A stretch of DNA of 64,000 nucleotides. Origin: a virus. Its lineage: Duplodnaviria; Caudoviricetes. This document shows, piece after piece, positions 38,153-48,692 of the stretch (the stretch's first letter is position 1; each line of letters starts with the position of its first letter). The DNA lies in IMG/VR virus record IMGVR_UViG_3300044695_006401; one strand, given 5' to 3'. The notes under the pieces were generated by a model. The model saw only the letters and a program-made list of their open reading frames with translations, did no database searches and was not told where the DNA came from. A program made the translations under genes and the position numbers.

Positions 38153-38844
38153 GTCCTTTATTTTCAATTTGTATACCCACATGGGAGCAAAATGGTTTTG
38201 GGGGGGTTTATTTGTCTAAATTGCTCGACACAATTAAAACTCAAACACTCCAAGACTTTGAAGTTGTGATTTCGGACCACAGTACAACTAACCTAATACA
38301 GGATGTGGTTAAAAAGTACTCTTCTGATATTAATATAGTTTATGTCACTAACCAAGAAAAAATTGGTAATAGCCCATCCAACACCAACAACTCAATCAAA
38401 CATTCAAAAGGGAAAATTATTAAGGTGATGTTCCAAGACGATTTTTTATTTAACAATAAATCATTAGAAATGATCTCTTCTAAATTCGAAGATAATGTAA
38501 TGTGGGTTGTCAATGGGTGTAATCACACAGATTCTAATAACAGTAAGTATTGGAATTACATGGTCCCAAGTTGGAATGACTCAATATATAGAGGGATAAA
38601 CACAATAAGTTCCCCGTCCGTTTTGTCTTTTAGAAAAGATTCTAACATTCTTTTTGATGATAATCTAGTGATGCTCATGGATTGTGAGATTTATTATAAT
38701 TTTTACACTAAATACGGATTACCCGCAATAATACCCGAAACTCTTATTACGAATAGATTACATGAAAATCAAATTAGTTCCAACTATAGGTTAGACATTA
38801 ATGATGAGATAAACTATGTCATAAAAAAATATAATATCATATAA
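38149..38844 (+). CDS. GT2 glycosyltransferase
   Basis: FSICIPTW, VISDHST, MFQDDFL, MDCE. Confidence 0.85.
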   Translation: MSPLFSICIPTWEQNGFGGVYLSKLLDTIKTQTLQDFEVVISDHSTTNLIQDVVKKYSSDINIVYVTNQEKIGNSPSNTNNSIKHSKGKIIKVMFQDDFLFNNKSLEMISSKFEDNVMWVVNGCNHTDSNNSKYWNYMVPSWNDSIYRGINTISSPSVLSFRKDSNILFDDNLVMLMDCEIYYNFYTKYGLPAIIPETLITNRLHENQISSNYRLDINDEINYVIKKYNII

Positions 38845-39626
38845 TGAATATTATTAGTACAAATTTAATGGGGGGATTAGGTAACTGTCTATTTCAAATC
38901 GCAGCGGCATATGCAACATCTTTAAGGGATTCTAAAAAGTTTATCTGTCCAAAAGTTGTATCTCACGGATCACATAAACCAATAAACAATTATTTTAATA
39001 ATATTTTTAGCAGAATAGAATTTGGGTCAATACCCTCAGATATTCAGTTATACCATGAACCCCGTTTTCATTATAATGAAATACCTAATGCACATAACAA
39101 CATCATGTTATACGGATATTTCCAATCTGAAAAATATTTTAATGTTTATAGGAATGAGATTTTAAATTTGTTCTCAGCTACCAATGAAATTGAAAATAAG
39201 TTAACTACAAAATATTTCCACTTACTCCAAAAAAAAACTTGCTCAATTCACATAAGGAGGGGGGATTATGTGAGGTTGAGCGATTCCCACACGGTACAAC
39301 CAATTGACTATTATGAAAAAGCAACTAATATTATTGGTGAGGGTTGTGAGTATTTGATATTTTCAGATGATATAGAATGGTGTAAAGAAAATTTTAGTTT
39401 CCTTAAAAATACCCATTTCATAGAAGGGGACACTGATTTTGAAAATCTATATTTAATGTCAATGTGTTATCATAACATAATTGCAAATTCAACATTCAGT
39501 TGGTGGGGAGCGTGGTTAAATAAAAATGAAGATAAAAAAGTTATATGTCCATCCGATTGGTTTGGACCAATAAATAAACATTTACAAACCAAGGACATTT
39601 ATCCCACAAAATGGATTGTAATATAA
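38844..39626 (+). CDS. GT11 alpha-1,2-fucosyl/colitosyl-transferase-like
   Basis: GGLGNCLFQ, GYFQSEKYF, HIRRGDY, ANSTFSWWGAWL. Confidence 0.9.
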   Translation: MNIISTNLMGGLGNCLFQIAAAYATSLRDSKKFICPKVVSHGSHKPINNYFNNIFSRIEFGSIPSDIQLYHEPRFHYNEIPNAHNNIMLYGYFQSEKYFNVYRNEILNLFSATNEIENKLTTKYFHLLQKKTCSIHIRRGDYVRLSDSHTVQPIDYYEKATNIIGEGCEYLIFSDDIEWCKENFSFLKNTHFIEGDTDFENLYLMSMCYHNIIANSTFSWWGAWLNKNEDKKVICPSDWFGPINKHLQTKDIYPTKWIVI

Positions 39627-39638
39627 AAATTTTTTAAA

Positions 39639-40538
39639 ATGAAAGTATGTGTAGTAGGTGGTGCAGGATTTATTGGTCACCATATCGTAAAAAAGTTTTT
39701 AAGTTTAGGTCATCAAGTATTGGTAATTGATGACTTGAGCACGGGTAAATTAGAAAATATCCCAAATAACTGTGAATTTATAAAATCCGATGTTTCAGAA
39801 ATTGATATGGAAACTTTAGTCAATTATTTGGAAGGTGTTGATTTGGTGTACCACACTGCAGCCAAAGCAAGGGTACAACCTTCGATTGTAGACCCAATTT
39901 CTTTTAATAGGGCGAATGTAGATTCAACATTGAGAATTTTAGTTGCGTCACATAGGTCAAAAGTAAAACGAGTTATTTATTCAGCATCAAGTAGTGTCTA
40001 TGGTGATACTAACATATTCCCAACACCTGAAACTGCAAACCCCAACCCAATGAGTCCTTATGGATTACAAAAATTTATTGGAGAGCAATACTGTAAACTT
40101 TTTTCCGAAGTCTACAATTTAGATACGGTATCTCTTAGATATTTCAATGTTTATGGTGAAGGTATGTTAGATGAAGGGGCTTATTGTACTGTGATTGGTA
40201 TCTTTGCTAATCAATATAAACAATCTAAACATTTAACAATAACCAACGATGGTGAGCAAAAAAGAGACTTTACATATGTTGGGGATGTTGTCGAAGCAAA
40301 TTATTTAGCCGGAGTATATGAAGAATCTTTCAACGGTGATGTATTTAATGTCGGTAACGGTGACAATTATAGTATTAACGAAATTGCAGATTTATTTGAA
40401 TCAGAAAAAGTTTACAATGAACAAAGGTTAGAACCTTATATCACTTTGGCAGACAACAGTAAAATTAAAAACAAGTTGGGGTGGATTCCTAAAGGTAATG
40501 TAATATCTTGGGTGAAAAAATATAAAAAAACTTTATGA
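39639..40538 (+). CDS. NAD-dependent nucleotide-sugar epimerase/dehydratase
   Basis: GGAGFIG, SASSSVYG, YGLQK, LRYFNVYG. Confidence 0.9.
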   Translation: MKVCVVGGAGFIGHHIVKKFLSLGHQVLVIDDLSTGKLENIPNNCEFIKSDVSEIDMETLVNYLEGVDLVYHTAAKARVQPSIVDPISFNRANVDSTLRILVASHRSKVKRVIYSASSSVYGDTNIFPTPETANPNPMSPYGLQKFIGEQYCKLFSEVYNLDTVSLRYFNVYGEGMLDEGAYCTVIGIFANQYKQSKHLTITNDGEQKRDFTYVGDVVEANYLAGVYEESFNGDVFNVGNGDNYSINEIADLFESEKVYNEQRLEPYITLADNSKIKNKLGWIPKGNVISWVKKYKKTL

Positions 40539-41206
40539 AAATAGCAGTTATAACATCACATATAGGATTACCTAACCCATTGAGGGATCCTGAAATCGAG
40601 TTTGATGGGGTTGATTATTTTGCATTTGTTGACAGGCAACACGACTGCAAGATATGGAAACAAATTCCTCACATTGATTTTTCTTTAGATGAAGAATATA
40701 AGTCGAGGAGAAATGCTAAAATATATAAGGTACTGCCTAATCTTTTTTTTCCTAACTATGATTATTGGTTTTGGATGGATACCACTCACGACCTTATCAT
40801 GGATCCCTCTGAAGTTATAAAAAATTACATGGGAGATTCAGAAATAGGTCTTTGGGTCCACACATCTAGAAATTGTGCTTATCAAGAAGGAGAAGAAATA
40901 AAAAGACTTAAATATGATCATATTAATTTAGTCGACAATCAACTAAATTACTATAGATCTCAAGGGTTCCCCGAAAATTACGGATTGTTTGAATTACCTG
41001 TAAGTATTAGAAAAAATACTCATAATGTACAAAAATTAAATTTGAGATGGTGGGATCAAATTTCTAGATATTCATCAAGAGATCAGATAAGTATGCCATT
41101 TGTTATTTGGAAAACAGGTGTTGACATTAAAATTTTACCGGGGTTTTCTAATGGTGGGTTAGGAAAAAATCCGATAATGCCTCAAGTAAGAATCAAAGGT
41201 CAATAA
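40535..41206 (+). CDS. DUF616/TOD1-MUCI70-like glycosyltransferase
   Basis: RNAKIYKVLP, FWMD, HTSRNCAYQE, RDQISMPF. Confidence 0.7.
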   Translation: MKIAVITSHIGLPNPLRDPEIEFDGVDYFAFVDRQHDCKIWKQIPHIDFSLDEEYKSRRNAKIYKVLPNLFFPNYDYWFWMDTTHDLIMDPSEVIKNYMGDSEIGLWVHTSRNCAYQEGEEIKRLKYDHINLVDNQLNYYRSQGFPENYGLFELPVSIRKNTHNVQKLNLRWWDQISRYSSRDQISMPFVIWKTGVDIKILPGFSNGGLGKNPIMPQVRIKGQ

Positions 41207-41208
41207 AT

Positions 41209-42534
41209 ATGTGTAGTTTTATTTTCACAAACAAAGAAATCTCAGATGTAGATTATGTTAATTTCTTTAATAAGTTTAGAGGTCCTGACAATACAAATGT
41301 TTTTGTTAAAAACGGATATTCATTTCTACACAACTTATTGAGTATAACCGGAGAATTTAAAACACAGCCATTTGTACAAGACAACATAATTTGTCTTTAT
41401 AATGGTGAAATATATAACTATAAAGAATTTGGTGATTACAATTCAGATGGGGAATGTCTAATACCTCTATACATTAAAGACGGATACAACTTCATAAAAA
41501 AACTAGATGGAGAATTTGCTATAACTTTAGTAGATTTCAATAAAAACATAGTAATAATATCAACAGATACATTTAAAACTAAACCAATTTTTTATTCTTT
41601 AACTGACGGTATCGCAACATCATCATATAGTGACCCTTTAAAAAAATTAGGATACACAAACATCTTAAAGATGGATCCAAACACAACTTTGATTGTCGAC
41701 CTAAAAACAAGGACTCCATTGGAAAAAAGATTAGTTCATAATTTTGATGTGTCGAACCAAAACAAAGATACTTTTGAGGATTGGGTTAGTGCGTTTGAGA
41801 AATCAATTAAAAAAAGAACTAACGGAATTAGAGAAAAAATATTTATAGGTCTTAGTGGTGGTTATGATAGTGGGGCTATTTGTTGTGAATTACTAAACCA
41901 AAATGTAAAATTCAAATCATATACCGTAATCGGCACAGAAAACTCAAATATTCTTAATCAGAGATTTTCATTACTAAATAATAATGAGCAACAATCTCTA
42001 ACTAAAAACACTGATGAGATCAATGTTGCATACAATTATATAAAAAATAATACAGAAACATTTAAATTTGTTACCTATTCAAACTCAAGTGATTACAACG
42101 AATATTGGTTATCTTTAATTGATGATAATGGTGCAAAACATTTATCACATGTTTGTAGTAACGCAATTAAAGATGGAAAAAAAATTCTATTGTCTGGACA
42201 AGGTGCTGATGAAATTTTTTCAGATTATGGTTTTGGTGGTATTAAGAAATATAACCACAGTAATTTTGGTGGACTTTTTCCTGAAGATTTAAAAAGCGTT
42301 TTTCCTTGGCCAAGTTTTTTTAATAGTTCGATGGAATCTTATTTGGCGAAAGAAGAGTATGTTGCTGGTTCATATGGAATTGAATCAAGGTACCCCTTTT
42401 TAGACTTAGAGGTTGTGCAAGAATTTCTTTGGTTGAAACCTGAATTAAAGAATTCACATTATAAGTCAGTTCTTTATTATTATTTAAAAAAATATAACTT
42501 TCCATTTACGGAAAATGAAAAAATAGGATTCTAA
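41209..42534 (+). CDS. asnB: Asparagine-synthetase-like glutamine amidotransferase
   Basis: N-terminal Cys2, RGPD, YNGEIYN, LSGGYDS, SGQGADE, RYPFLD. Confidence 0.85.
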   Translation: MCSFIFTNKEISDVDYVNFFNKFRGPDNTNVFVKNGYSFLHNLLSITGEFKTQPFVQDNIICLYNGEIYNYKEFGDYNSDGECLIPLYIKDGYNFIKKLDGEFAITLVDFNKNIVIISTDTFKTKPIFYSLTDGIATSSYSDPLKKLGYTNILKMDPNTTLIVDLKTRTPLEKRLVHNFDVSNQNKDTFEDWVSAFEKSIKKRTNGIREKIFIGLSGGYDSGAICCELLNQNVKFKSYTVIGTENSNILNQRFSLLNNNEQQSLTKNTDEINVAYNYIKNNTETFKFVTYSNSSDYNEYWLSLIDDNGAKHLSHVCSNAIKDGKKILLSGQGADEIFSDYGFGGIKKYNHSNFGGLFPEDLKSVFPWPSFFNSSMESYLAKEEYVAGSYGIESRYPFLDLEVVQEFLWLKPELKNSHYKSVLYYYLKKYNFPFTENEKIGF

Positions 42535-43178
42535 TGAAAATTAAAACTGTCGATATTTGCATTACAACCTACAATAGAAATGATAGGTTAATAGAGACCT
42601 TAGATATATTATCCAAACAAACCAACACGGATTTTAATCTAATAGTTAACGATGACGGAAATAAAACAATTATAAACCCCAACGACCATCCGATCATTAC
42701 AAAATATATTTGGAACAAAGATGATGGGTACCATAGAGTCGCCAGATTCAATGAATCGGTTTCTTTATGTGTTTCTCCGTTCATAATTTTATTAGACGAC
42801 GATTGTATTCCTGTGGATAGTAATTTTGTACAATCTCATGTTGATGTATTGAATACATCTGATGTTTGTAAGGGAAAAATTAGATTTCCAAATGGTGATT
42901 TAGCATCCGGATGGTTTAGTACCGCAAATTTAGGTATTAGAAAAAAGGTTATTGACGAAATCGGTCTCTTTGATAATAATTTTGATGGTCACTATGGTCA
43001 TGAAGATCAGGATTTAGGTAATAGACTCAATAAGGAGAACTATGTATCTTTTGATGGGTCAAATGGTACTATGGTTAATCATGGTACTGAGATGTACGCC
43101 AATGGGGATAGATCAGACAGTATTGTGGGACATAACACAAGATATTTTATATCAAAATGGGGGTACGACCCTAGATAG
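42534..43178 (+). CDS. GT2 glycosyltransferase
   Basis: ITTYNR, VNDDG, LLDDDC, GHEDQD. Confidence 0.85.
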   Translation: MKIKTVDICITTYNRNDRLIETLDILSKQTNTDFNLIVNDDGNKTIINPNDHPIITKYIWNKDDGYHRVARFNESVSLCVSPFIILLDDDCIPVDSNFVQSHVDVLNTSDVCKGKIRFPNGDLASGWFSTANLGIRKKVIDEIGLFDNNFDGHYGHEDQDLGNRLNKENYVSFDGSNGTMVNHGTEMYANGDRSDSIVGHNTRYFISKWGYDPR

Positions 43179-43187
43179 TTTTTTATA

Positions 43188-44018
43188 ATGAGTAATCTGA
43201 TATTTTATTGTTCGGGAGGTTTGGGTAATAGGTTAAGCCCGTTTTTAAACATAAAAAACATTTTTGATTATAATATTAAGTTGGTTTGGCCAAAAACCAT
43301 GAGATTAATGTGTGATTTTCAAGATATTTTTGAAAATAAAAATATCGGGTCACTTAGTTTTACCGAATTAGATAATTTAGTTGATGTTGAAAATTTTCAT
43401 GGTAGTGAGGGTGGATTAATTGCGTCAGAATATGAATTCAAAATTAACTCCATAGACTCTCTTTTGAATATGAGTAAAAGAAGTTTTCCTAAACCCGTAC
43501 ATTTATTTAATATTAATAATCTCAGTCACCAAAACACTATTGTTTTTTTTAACGATCTTATTGGTCATGTCGATAAAGAAACCGTCAAAGAAAATTTTTT
43601 TAAGTTAAAACCTAAAAAAGAAATAATTGATAAAATAAATGATTTACAAAGTTATTTAGAAATAAATAAAGACACAGTAGGAATCCACGCAAGAGGTACA
43701 GATTTCATAAATGAAAAACTTGAATCGTACTTTCCTATAATAGATGAAGAACTAAGAAATGGTAATAATATATTTTTTTGTTCCGACGACCCCGATTGGG
43801 AAAAAAATATAATTGTAAAATACCCAATGATCAAAGTGAGACCCCAAAAAAATAATGTTTACAAATCTGATATTAATTCAAACTATTCTTGTAATGTTGT
43901 AACACCTTTAGACGCTACTATTGACGCATACATAGATATGGTATTACTGTCAAAAAGTAACTTTAAACATTTCAACCCTAAAAGTTCGTTCGCAAGGTTA
44001 GTAAACATAATTCAATAA
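43188..44018 (+). CDS. Fucosyltransferase-fold (NodZ/GT23-like) transferase
   Basis: GGLGNRL, GIHARGTD, FFCSDD, DMVLLSK. Confidence 0.7.
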   Translation: MSNLIFYCSGGLGNRLSPFLNIKNIFDYNIKLVWPKTMRLMCDFQDIFENKNIGSLSFTELDNLVDVENFHGSEGGLIASEYEFKINSIDSLLNMSKRSFPKPVHLFNINNLSHQNTIVFFNDLIGHVDKETVKENFFKLKPKKEIIDKINDLQSYLEINKDTVGIHARGTDFINEKLESYFPIIDEELRNGNNIFFCSDDPDWEKNIIVKYPMIKVRPQKNNVYKSDINSNYSCNVVTPLDATIDAYIDMVLLSKSNFKHFNPKSSFARLVNIIQ

Positions 44019-44040
44019 CTCTAAGTCAAATAGATAATAC

Positions 44041-44069
44041 TTGTGTTTATTTTATGGGGTTTATATGTT
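44041..44069 (+). promoter_or_regulatory. Possible internal sigma70-like promoter before the colitose cassette
   Basis: TTGTGT-N17-TATGTT in the only sizeable gap (81 bp) of the island. Confidence 0.35.
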
Positions 44070-44099
44070 ATTTTGAAATAAAAAAATATACAGTAAAAT

Positions 44100-44864
44100 A
44101 TGAAATGTTTGACAATTAGTAGAGGTGAAGACGGGTTCGGATCGCAACTATTTAGTATAATATCAGGTTTAGCATACTGCGACAAACACAAAATACCGTA
44201 TAAACACTCCCCTATTCAAAACATAAAACTACTTAGTTCAAAAAATTTTCTTAACGAAGATTTAATTAGATCTAATGAGTTTGTATTTTCTATTATTAAT
44301 AATATTGATATTTCTAAAACTGAGGATTTAGATTGTACGGTTAAACCATTCTGTCATGATTTAATTTATAATGAAGGTTCTGAAAATTATTTTACAGAAA
44401 ACTTTTTAGAAAAAATTAAATCCTCACATACCTTTAACTTTGGAGGGGACCAAACCCGTACTATATCGATACACATCAGGCGTGGTGAAGATATTTTTGA
44501 GGAAGACAAACCTTATAGATGGATAGAAAGTGAAACATATCAAAAGTTGATAGAATTTATTTTGGAAAAAGAATCTGATTGCAAAATAAAAATCTTCAGC
44601 TGGGGTGAGTCGGGAATCCAATTGAGTGACCCAAGAATTGAGTATTATACTTCTGATTCGGGTGGAAAATTTATGGGTGACTTTATAAAGATGGTGACTT
44701 CTGATATATTAATAGTGGGGTCAAGTACTTTTAGTATTTCTGCGGGATTTCTAAACAAGAACATGGTTTTATCACATACTAAATTAATGAAATTAAATAA
44801 TACCCCCATACCAAGAATATGGGAAAATAACTTCAATACATATTTTAACGGTATTGATATATAA
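44100..44864 (+). CDS. Fucosyltransferase-fold transferase
   Basis: DGFGSQL, IHIRRGED, SDILIVGSSTFS. Confidence 0.65.
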   Translation: MKCLTISRGEDGFGSQLFSIISGLAYCDKHKIPYKHSPIQNIKLLSSKNFLNEDLIRSNEFVFSIINNIDISKTEDLDCTVKPFCHDLIYNEGSENYFTENFLEKIKSSHTFNFGGDQTRTISIHIRRGEDIFEEDKPYRWIESETYQKLIEFILEKESDCKIKIFSWGESGIQLSDPRIEYYTSDSGGKFMGDFIKMVTSDILIVGSSTFSISAGFLNKNMVLSHTKLMKLNNTPIPRIWENNFNTYFNGIDI

Positions 44865-44883
44865 ACTTAATAAAAAACAAAAA

Positions 44884-45810
44884 ATGGGTAGGATATTAAT
44901 TACAGGGTCTAATGGGTTAGTTGGTTCGGCATTAAGAAAACAACTAGGTGACGATCATGTGTACCATACAAAAGAAGAGGTGGATCTTTTAGACTATAAA
45001 AAAACTCATGATTATTTTTCTTATCATGTAAAACATAGTAATGTGGATACAATAATTCATTGTGCCGCAAAAGTCGGAGGTGTTCAAGCAAACCTATCCG
45101 ATAATAAAGGATTTTTTATAGATAATTTCGTAATAAACAATAATGTGATGGAGACTTCATTTAGAAATGAAGTTCCCAACTTTGTGAATTTACTTTCGAC
45201 TTGTATATTTCCTGAGAAAAACATAGAGTTTCCAATGAAACCTCAGGATGTTGACAAGGGTAAACCTCATCCATCAAACGAAGGTTATGCTTACGCTAAA
45301 AGATTAGCAGGATACGAAACAAACACTATTAAAAAGGTTCTTAAATCTAATTGGGTTTCAGTTGTACCTACGAATGTATACGGAATACACGATAACTTCA
45401 ACTTATTTGGTGGACATATGATTCCAGCTATGATCCATAGAGCGTATGAATCAAAAAAAAATAAAGAAAAAATGATAATATGGGGCGATGGTTCACAATT
45501 AAGACAAGTAATTCATTCTGATGATTTAGCAAAATTAATTTTATGGTCATTAGATAATTGGAAAAGTGACTATCCCTTTATGGCGGTAAATCCGAATGAG
45601 CACTCAGTTTTGGAAATATCTAATTTAATTTGTGAAAACTTCAATATTTCGAAAGATGATATACTGTTTGATAACACAAAACCGACGGGTCAATTGAGGA
45701 AACCTGCAATTTCGGACGCACCTTCGAATTTTGAATTTACGACATTATCGGATGGAATTAAAACAACAATAGATTGGTTTATTCAAAACTACGATAAATT
45801 AAGAAAATAA
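44884..45810 (+). CDS. colC: GDP-4-keto-6-deoxyhexose epimerase/reductase (Fcl/ColC family)
   Basis: GSNGLVG, HCAAKVGG, LSTCIFP, YAYAK, PTNVYG; likely start 44884. Confidence 0.8.
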   Translation: MGRILITGSNGLVGSALRKQLGDDHVYHTKEEVDLLDYKKTHDYFSYHVKHSNVDTIIHCAAKVGGVQANLSDNKGFFIDNFVINNNVMETSFRNEVPNFVNLLSTCIFPEKNIEFPMKPQDVDKGKPHPSNEGYAYAKRLAGYETNTIKKVLKSNWVSVVPTNVYGIHDNFNLFGGHMIPAMIHRAYESKKNKEKMIIWGDGSQLRQVIHSDDLAKLILWSLDNWKSDYPFMAVNPNEHSVLEISNLICENFNISKDDILFDNTKPTGQLRKPAISDAPSNFEFTTLSDGIKTTIDWFIQNYDKLRK

Positions 45811-45816
45811 GACATT

Positions 45817-46971
45817 ATGAGTATAAAATTAGTAAGTGACACTATCAATAAAGAAGATATAAATTCTTTAATTGAGTGGTTAGGACAAGACGAGATTCCG
45901 AGACTAACAAAAGGAGATCTAACTTGGGAATTAGAATCTAAATGGGCGAAAAAAATAGGAACCAAATATTCGGTTTATCTTAATTCAGGTTCCTCCGCAA
46001 TTCTTTTAGCGTTAGCGGCTTTACAACACACCAACAAATTAAAAAATAATAAAGTAATTGTACCAGGGTTAAGTTGGGCAACCGATGTTAGTTCACCTAT
46101 GATATTAGGTATGGAACCAATTTTATGTGATTGTAATCTTGAGGATCTTTCTTGTGATTTAGATCACTTGGAAAAATTGTTTATTCAACATAACCCATCT
46201 ACATTCATTTTAGTCTCACCATTAGGTTTAGTTCCTGATATGAAAAAAGTTCTTGACCTATGTGAGAAATACAATGTGATCCTACTGGAGGATGTATGCG
46301 AGAGCATGGGATCAAAGTATAATGAAAAATACCTCGGGTCTTTTGGCTTTGCATCATTTTTTTCGATGTATTTTGGACATCATTTAAGTACAATAGAGGG
46401 TGGGTTTATTAATACGGACGACGAAGATTTTTATTATTCATTATTGATGATGAGAAGTCATGGTTGGGATAGAGACCTACCAAAAAGAATCCAAAATAAA
46501 TTACGAAACGAAAATAAAATTAGCGAATTTGATTCACTATATACATTTTATTTACCAGGATTTAATCTAAGATCAACGGATCTACAAGCGTTTATTGGGT
46601 TAAGAGCAATAGATAAATTAGATGACTATACTGAAAAAAGGAACAAAAATTTTCAATTGTATAAATCTTCAATAAATGTCAACCAACTGAATATAACAGA
46701 TAGACCAACAGACTTTATTTCTAATTTTGCATATCCCATTGTAAATAAAAATAGATTAAAAATCATCGAAAAACTTATTAAGGATAATATTGAAGTTAGG
46801 CCTTTAATTGCTGGTGATATGTCAAAAAAACCTATGTGGATTAAAAATTATGGTGAGGTTAATTTACCTAATTGTCAATTGATCAATGAGTATGGGTTTT
46901 ATATACCAAACCATCAGGATCTAACATCAGAACAAATAAATTTAATTTCAAACATAGTAAATAATGAGTAA
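45817..46971 (+). CDS. colD: GDP-4-keto-6-deoxy-D-mannose 3-dehydratase (ColD-like PLP enzyme)
   Basis: NSGSSA, EDVCESMG, SMYFGHHLSTIEGG (His at the Schiff-base Lys position), RSHGWDRDLP. Confidence 0.8.
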   Translation: MSIKLVSDTINKEDINSLIEWLGQDEIPRLTKGDLTWELESKWAKKIGTKYSVYLNSGSSAILLALAALQHTNKLKNNKVIVPGLSWATDVSSPMILGMEPILCDCNLEDLSCDLDHLEKLFIQHNPSTFILVSPLGLVPDMKKVLDLCEKYNVILLEDVCESMGSKYNEKYLGSFGFASFFSMYFGHHLSTIEGGFINTDDEDFYYSLLMMRSHGWDRDLPKRIQNKLRNENKISEFDSLYTFYLPGFNLRSTDLQAFIGLRAIDKLDDYTEKRNKNFQLYKSSINVNQLNITDRPTDFISNFAYPIVNKNRLKIIEKLIKDNIEVRPLIAGDMSKKPMWIKNYGEVNLPNCQLINEYGFYIPNHQDLTSEQINLISNIVNNE

Positions 46972-47944
46972 AAAGATTGCATTAATAACAGGTATAAATG
47001 GTCAGGACGGATCTTACTTATCTGAGTTATTATTAGAAAAAGGATATGAAGTGCATGGCACATTAAAAAGAAACTCTGTTTCTGAAAATCAAACTTCTCG
47101 TTTGGATAATGTATTTGACAAATTAATATTGCATTACGCAGACTTAACGGATTTATCATCACTAATAAGAGTTATTAGTGAAATTAAACCCGATGAGGTT
47201 TATAATTTAGCAGCACAATCGCATGTTAGAATTTCTTTCGATCAACCGATATACACTGCAAATGTTACGGGGTTAGGTACTCTGAATATTTTAGAAGCGG
47301 TTAAACTTGTAAATCCTGAAATTAAAATTTATCAAGCATCTTCATCCGAGATGTTCGGTAATTCAATAGATAAGGATGGACTTCAAAGAGAAACAACACC
47401 GATGAATCCAGTTTCACCTTATGGTTGTGCCAAAGTATTCTCATATAATATTTGTAGAAATTATAGAAACGCATATAACATGAAAATATGGAATGGTATT
47501 TTATTTAACCATGAGTCACCAAGAAGAGGTACAAATTTTGTAACAAATAAAGTGGTTAAGGCGGCAGTTAGAATCAGTTTAGGTCTACAAGAAAAATTAC
47601 ACATAGGTAATTTAGAAGCATCCAGAGATTGGGGTCATGCTAAAGATTATGTTGAAGCTATGTGGTTAATGTTACAATCGGACAACCCTAATGATTATGT
47701 GTGTGCGACAGGAGTTTCACACACGGTAAAAGATTTATGTGAGTATACCTTTAGTACTTTAGGTTTAGAATATAAAGATTATGTTGTTATTGACGAGAAA
47801 CACTTTAGGCCCGAAGAACTTGAAAATCTTAAGGGGGACTCTTCAAAATTAACAAATGATTTAGGTTGGAAACCAAAATACACTTTTGAATCTATGTTAG
47901 ATGAAATGATTGAGTATTGGTTAAACTACTATAAAAACAAATAA
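46964..47944 (+). CDS. gmd: GDP-mannose 4,6-dehydratase
   Basis: TGINGQDGSYL, LAAQSHV, QASSSEMFG, PYGCAK, FNHESPRR, RDWGHA. Confidence 0.95.
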   Translation: MSKKIALITGINGQDGSYLSELLLEKGYEVHGTLKRNSVSENQTSRLDNVFDKLILHYADLTDLSSLIRVISEIKPDEVYNLAAQSHVRISFDQPIYTANVTGLGTLNILEAVKLVNPEIKIYQASSSEMFGNSIDKDGLQRETTPMNPVSPYGCAKVFSYNICRNYRNAYNMKIWNGILFNHESPRRGTNFVTNKVVKAAVRISLGLQEKLHIGNLEASRDWGHAKDYVEAMWLMLQSDNPNDYVCATGVSHTVKDLCEYTFSTLGLEYKDYVVIDEKHFRPEELENLKGDSSKLTNDLGWKPKYTFESMLDEMIEYWLNYYKNK

Positions 47945-47951
47945 TAAATAA

Positions 47952-48692
47952 ATGACAAGAAAAAGAACAATCCAAACACCTGAGGAATCATTAATTCCAA
48001 AAACTATATCAAAAAAAGATTTTATTAATTCAGTCATTAAAAGAAAACAAAAAAATAAATTTTTATCAGATAACCAAAAAGAGTATTACGATATCTTAAT
48101 TAATAACCAAATCACCATATGTTCAGGACCTGCAGGTGTTGGTAAAAGCTATATTTCCATGAGGGCGGCAGTTGACTTACTTATGGACCCAAATAACTCT
48201 TATGAAAAGATAATCATTGTAAGACCCGCAGTTGAAGCTGAGGAAAAATTAGGTTCTCTACCTGGAAACTTAGAAGAAAAGTTAGACCCGTACATTTTTC
48301 CATCCTACTATCTACTTAATAAGATCATAGGAAAAGAGGCTAGAGAAAAATTAAAAGAATCTGAAATTATTGAGGTATTCGCTTTAGCATATATGAGGGG
48401 AATGAATATCGATAACTCGATTTTAATTTTTGAAGAGGCCCAAAACGCAACACCTAATCAAATGAAACTACTATTGACAAGAATCGGGTTTAATAGTAAA
48501 TTTTTTATATCGGGAGATTTAGAACAGACTGATAGGTATAAAGATAAAAAACAATCCGGATTGTACGACGCATTACAACGATTTCAAAATATTAACGATG
48601 TCGGCGTGTATGATTTCAGAAACGCTAAAAATGTGAGAAATCCACTTATTAGTAAAATATTAGAAAAATATGACGAAGAGAGTAGGAATTGA
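47952..48692 (+). CDS. phoH: PhoH-family ATPase
   Basis: GPAGVGKS, RPAVE, AYMRG, EEAQN, GDLEQ. Confidence 0.93.
   Translation: MTRKRTIQTPEESLIPKTISKKDFINSVIKRKQKNKFLSDNQKEYYDILINNQITICSGPAGVGKSYISMRAAVDLLMDPNNSYEKIIIVRPAVEAEEKLGSLPGNLEEKLDPYIFPSYYLLNKIIGKEAREKLKESEIIEVFALAYMRGMNIDNSILIFEEAQNATPNQMKLLLTRIGFNSKFFISGDLEQTDRYKDKKQSGLYDALQRFQNINDVGVYDFRNAKNVRNPLISKILEKYDEESRN

Noticed and set aside
45817-46971. Calling the PLP enzyme a perosamine synthase/DegT aminotransferase
   Set aside because: The catalytic Lys position is His and the surrounding motifs match ColD.
33028-47944. Host chromosomal O-antigen locus or prophage boundary
   Set aside because: It is continuous and coupled with phage dUTPase, exonuclease, PhoH and sigma genes, with no membrane/export genes, integrase or att-like repeats seen.
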